Shown in pieces: positions 26,338 to 28,609 of a stretch of 28,609 bases of DNA. Source of the DNA: an uncultured archaeon (GTDB lineage: Archaea > Asgardarchaeota > Jordiarchaeia > Jordiarchaeales > Jordiarchaeaceae). Made by a program: the position numbers and the translations under genes. Below the pieces are notes generated by a model. It did not search any database. It saw nothing but the letters and a program-made list of their open reading frames with translations, and was not told the origin of the DNA. Location: NCBI GenBank assembly GCA_964510585.1, contig CAZECW010000071.1, positions 1 through 28,609 on the forward strand. Reading direction: 5' to 3'. Each line of letters begins with the position of its first letter. The stretch's first letter is position 1.

Positions 26338-27348
26338 CTAAACTCCTTGTTTGGATTCAATACTTATATAGGAAATTTGGGGTGTCTTTTCAGGTATGTT
26401 GATTGGCGGTCTTATCGGATAGCGAAGGGTTATTAGTCGCTTAGAGGGTCCAGGTACAGTGCCCTGTAGTAGGATATAGTCTCCTCGCACCAGACCATAA
26501 CGTATGAATCCGCCTTTTGGGGTAACTTCTTCTCCTTTTTCACCGATTTTTAAGATTCTCTTGTTATATTCTGTGCGTTGATGATAGCCCATTTGTCCAG
26601 GTCGGGGAACTGTATAAGATACTCTAGCAGGCCGCCATGGACCAATTGCGCCCACTCCTCTTTTTGTTTTTCTGGATTTATGCTGGAGTCTACGAACCCC
26701 CCATCTTTTTATTGCTCCTTGAAAACCCTTCCCTTTGGTTATCCCAATAACGTCAACATATTGTCCCTCTTTAAAGATCTCGTTGATTCGAATTTGTTTT
26801 CCCAAGATTTGTTTTGCATAATTTATTTGTTCCTCTATTGAGCCGCCTCCTATTTTGATTTCTACTATGTCTGGTTTTTTCTTAGGCACACCGGTCATCC
26901 GTGGTTGAGTGTGAACTAAGGCTCGAATCTCCGATATTTTTTCTTTTTGTTCCTCGAGGTAATTTAGATTTTTCTCATAATTATAATCCTGCGGGAGGGT
27001 AAAATCTTTCCTCAAGTCATTTGACAGTTCTGGTGCCCAAACTTCTGTAAGTGTTTTTAAACCATAGGGAGTTAAACTGTAGGCTCTTATTCCGAAAACC
27101 ACGAGAGGAGGAGTCTCGATTACAGTCGCTGCAAACACCCTCTCTTGTCCAAAGTAAGGGCTGTTTGGCTTGTCTTCAACTAGCAAAACATGTGTCATTC
27201 CCGCTTTGTATCCTGCAGCGCCAAGCATAGTCGTTGATTCTGCATATTTGGGCCATCTTCTAACGCGTCCTATTGGACTAGAAGCTCTTCCTCTAGGTAG
27301 ATATGCTAGACTTCCTCTCTTTGGCGCATGTGTCTTACGATGCCCCAA
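26338..27348 (-). CDS. rpl3p: Ribosomal protein L3 (uL3)
   Basis: PKRGSLAYLPR, GYKAGMTH, TKGKGFQG, GQMGYHQRTEYNK; GGAGG SD before TTG. Confidence 0.98.
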   Translation of the reverse strand: MGHRKTHAPKRGSLAYLPRGRASSPIGRVRRWPKYAESTTMLGAAGYKAGMTHVLLVEDKPNSPYFGQERVFAATVIETPPLVVFGIRAYSLTPYGLKTLTEVWAPELSNDLRKDFTLPQDYNYEKNLNYLEEQKEKISEIRALVHTQPRMTGVPKKKPDIVEIKIGGGSIEEQINYAKQILGKQIRINEIFKEGQYVDVIGITKGKGFQGAIKRWGVRRLQHKSRKTKRGVGAIGPWRPARVSYTVPRPGQMGYHQRTEYNKRILKIGEKGEEVTPKGGFIRYGLVRGDYILLQGTVPGPSKRLITLRYPIRPPINIPEKTPQISYISIESKQGV

Positions 27349-27453
27349 CTTGTTAACCTCCTGAATTACAAATTTTAGGTGAATAAAATCCTTGCATTAG
27401 CATAATATTTTTTTATGATTACTCCCAAGATTTTTTATACTTCGTCCAACAGT

Positions 27454-28179
27454 CTACTTCCGTTGTTTTCTTCCAGTCCTGCGTGGAGCTATTAGACCAA
27501 CTTTTTGGCCTGGAGGCGCGGTTCTGGGAACAGTAGAAGGGCCTCCTACATGTTGGTGACTTCCTCCACCATGTGGATGTGATACCGCATTCATGGCTAC
27601 GCCGCGTACCTTGGGCCATTTCCAGCTCTTTGCTTTTGAGAGATAATATACGCTACCTGCTTTTATGAAAGGCTTATCAGTGCGTCCTCCGCCGGCAACC
27701 ACTCCTATAGTGGCGCGGCAATTGGGATTGAATGCCTTTATTTTGTTTGAGGGTAGCCGAACCATTACCTTATCTTCGCTGTGAGTAAGAATCGTAGCGT
27801 AAGTTCCCGAAGAGCGAACAAATTTTCCCCCGTCTCCGGGTACTCCCTCTAAATTGAAGATGGGTACTCCTTCAGGGATTTCGCGAAGTGGAAGAGTATT
27901 ACCCAGTCCTAGGCTAGCTTCCTCTCCGTACTCGATCCTTTGTCCTACGAAGGCGCCTTCAGGTACAAGGATCCATTGCTCCCTGTTGTCTTCAAACCTT
28001 ACCCTAGCCAGCGGCGCGCCTCTTCCTGATTCATGTGATAATTCCCTGATTATGCCAGACACTATTTTTCTGTCTTTTTCGGTAGGGTGGTGTTTAACTT
28101 CGCCTTTCCGTTTATGACTGGGTGCTCGGAAGTTTGAGCCGCCTCTGCCTCGTCTCTGAACAATTAATCGTCTGCCCAT
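27454..28179 (-). CDS. rpl2p: Ribosomal protein L2 (uL2)
   Basis: MGRRLIVQRRGRG, GRGAPLA, WPKVRGVAMNAVSHPHGGG. Start set at ATG 28179 after the GGAGG SD. Confidence 0.98.
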   Translation of the reverse strand: MGRRLIVQRRGRGGSNFRAPSHKRKGEVKHHPTEKDRKIVSGIIRELSHESGRGAPLARVRFEDNREQWILVPEGAFVGQRIEYGEEASLGLGNTLPLREIPEGVPIFNLEGVPGDGGKFVRSSGTYATILTHSEDKVMVRLPSNKIKAFNPNCRATIGVVAGGGRTDKPFIKAGSVYYLSKAKSWKWPKVRGVAMNAVSHPHGGGSHQHVGGPSTVPRTAPPGQKVGLIAPRRTGRKQRK

Positions 28180-28236
28180 AAGTAGAACCTCCATTGGAAA
28201 AGTAAATTTAGGAGTTCAAGCTGGATATTGATTCGA

Positions 28237-28251
28237 TATTTAAAAAGTTTT
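28237..28251 (-). promoter_or_regulatory. Putative BRE-TATA promoter of rpl2-rpl3-rpl4
   Basis: Minus strand AAAAACT-TTTTAAATA; TATA box TTTAAATA at 28237-28244, about 58 nt upstream of the rpl2 ATG. Confidence 0.45.
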
Positions 28252-28527
28252 TGAATTAAGTATTATCTATCTTGACATATTTAGTCTTATTTGAGGTTGA
28301 TTGTATGAATCTTTTTGTGTCTCTCTCCAGAAATCTGTTTTTTCTTTAGATTAATTTTTTATTGGAATTATACAGATACTATAAAGGATACATAAAGCTT
28401 TTCATAAATCCAAATCAACCATAGACATAAATGTAAGTTTTAATGTTTTATAATTAAGAGCGACATGTTGGTATTGTAAAAATTGTTTTAATTAAAAATG
28501 CATTATTTTTCGAGTGGAGATGCACTA

Positions 28528-28609
28528 ATGACGAACGCCAGTAAAGAGATGCTAGAATATTTTAAGACGATAGAAACTAGTTTTGATAATTTATACAATA
28601 TTGTAAGGG
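28528..28609 (+). CDS. polC: Probable DNA polymerase D large subunit DP2, N-terminus (truncated by window edge)
   Basis: GGAGATG SD, then MTNASKEMLEYFKTIETSFDNLYNIVR, resembling the DP2 start pattern (S.EM..YF..l......Y.ia..aR). Only 27 codons visible; not in the ORF track. Confidence 0.55.
   Translation, partial: MTNASKEMLEYFKTIETSFDNLYNIVR

Noticed and set aside
840-28117. Many 60-150 aa ORFs antisense to or nested in recognised genes (e.g. 7805-8125, 11608-12012, 13475-13864, 14600-14971, 25722-26183)
   Set aside because: All overlap well-supported genes, mostly on the opposite strand, and show no motifs.
1-28609. CRISPR arrays, intact tRNA/rRNA, SRP or RNase P RNA
   Set aside because: No regularly spaced repeats, no full cloverleaf and no signature motifs seen in the intergenic regions.

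Overview
AT-rich archaeal chromosomal segment, probably from an Asgard- or Bathyarchaeia-like non-methanogen (lineage is inference only). Left to right it holds: the left end and tnpA start of an IS200/IS605 element cut by the window edge; t6A genes (TsaC-type sua5, cgi121); a phosphoribosyltransferase; a membrane protein; the conserved exosome/proteasome superoperon (psmA-SBDS-rrp4-rrp41-rrp42-rpl37ae, then pcc1-pfdB-DUF3194-DHH); a two-gene mtrA-mtrH fusion + thymidylate-synthase (TS)-fold operon; a LeuA/CimA-family synthase with an upstream wHTH gene; a thioredoxin-like gene coupled to class III RNR nrdD; a beta-CASP nuclease; a TPR-like protein; arcS-raSEA; a gamma-CA-like protein; rpl2-rpl3-rpl4 in non-canonical order; and the probable start of PolD DP2. 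The best candidate for an undescribed system is 9970-12749. A soluble MtrA(corrinoid)-MtrH fusion lies 2 nt upstream of a TS-fold protein built from two tandem TS domains with complementary losses. Domain 1 keeps the catalytic Cys, RSxD and HxY but lacks the Arg-Arg pair; domain 2 keeps only the Arg-Arg pair. Domain 1 has Asp at the base-specificity position, where dUMP enzymes have Asn and T4 dCMP hydroxymethylase has Asp. This suggests a corrinoid/pterin-linked, possibly cytosine-directed, pyrimidine C5 (hydroxy)methylation module. All family assignments come from motif recognition by eye; no database searches were run.
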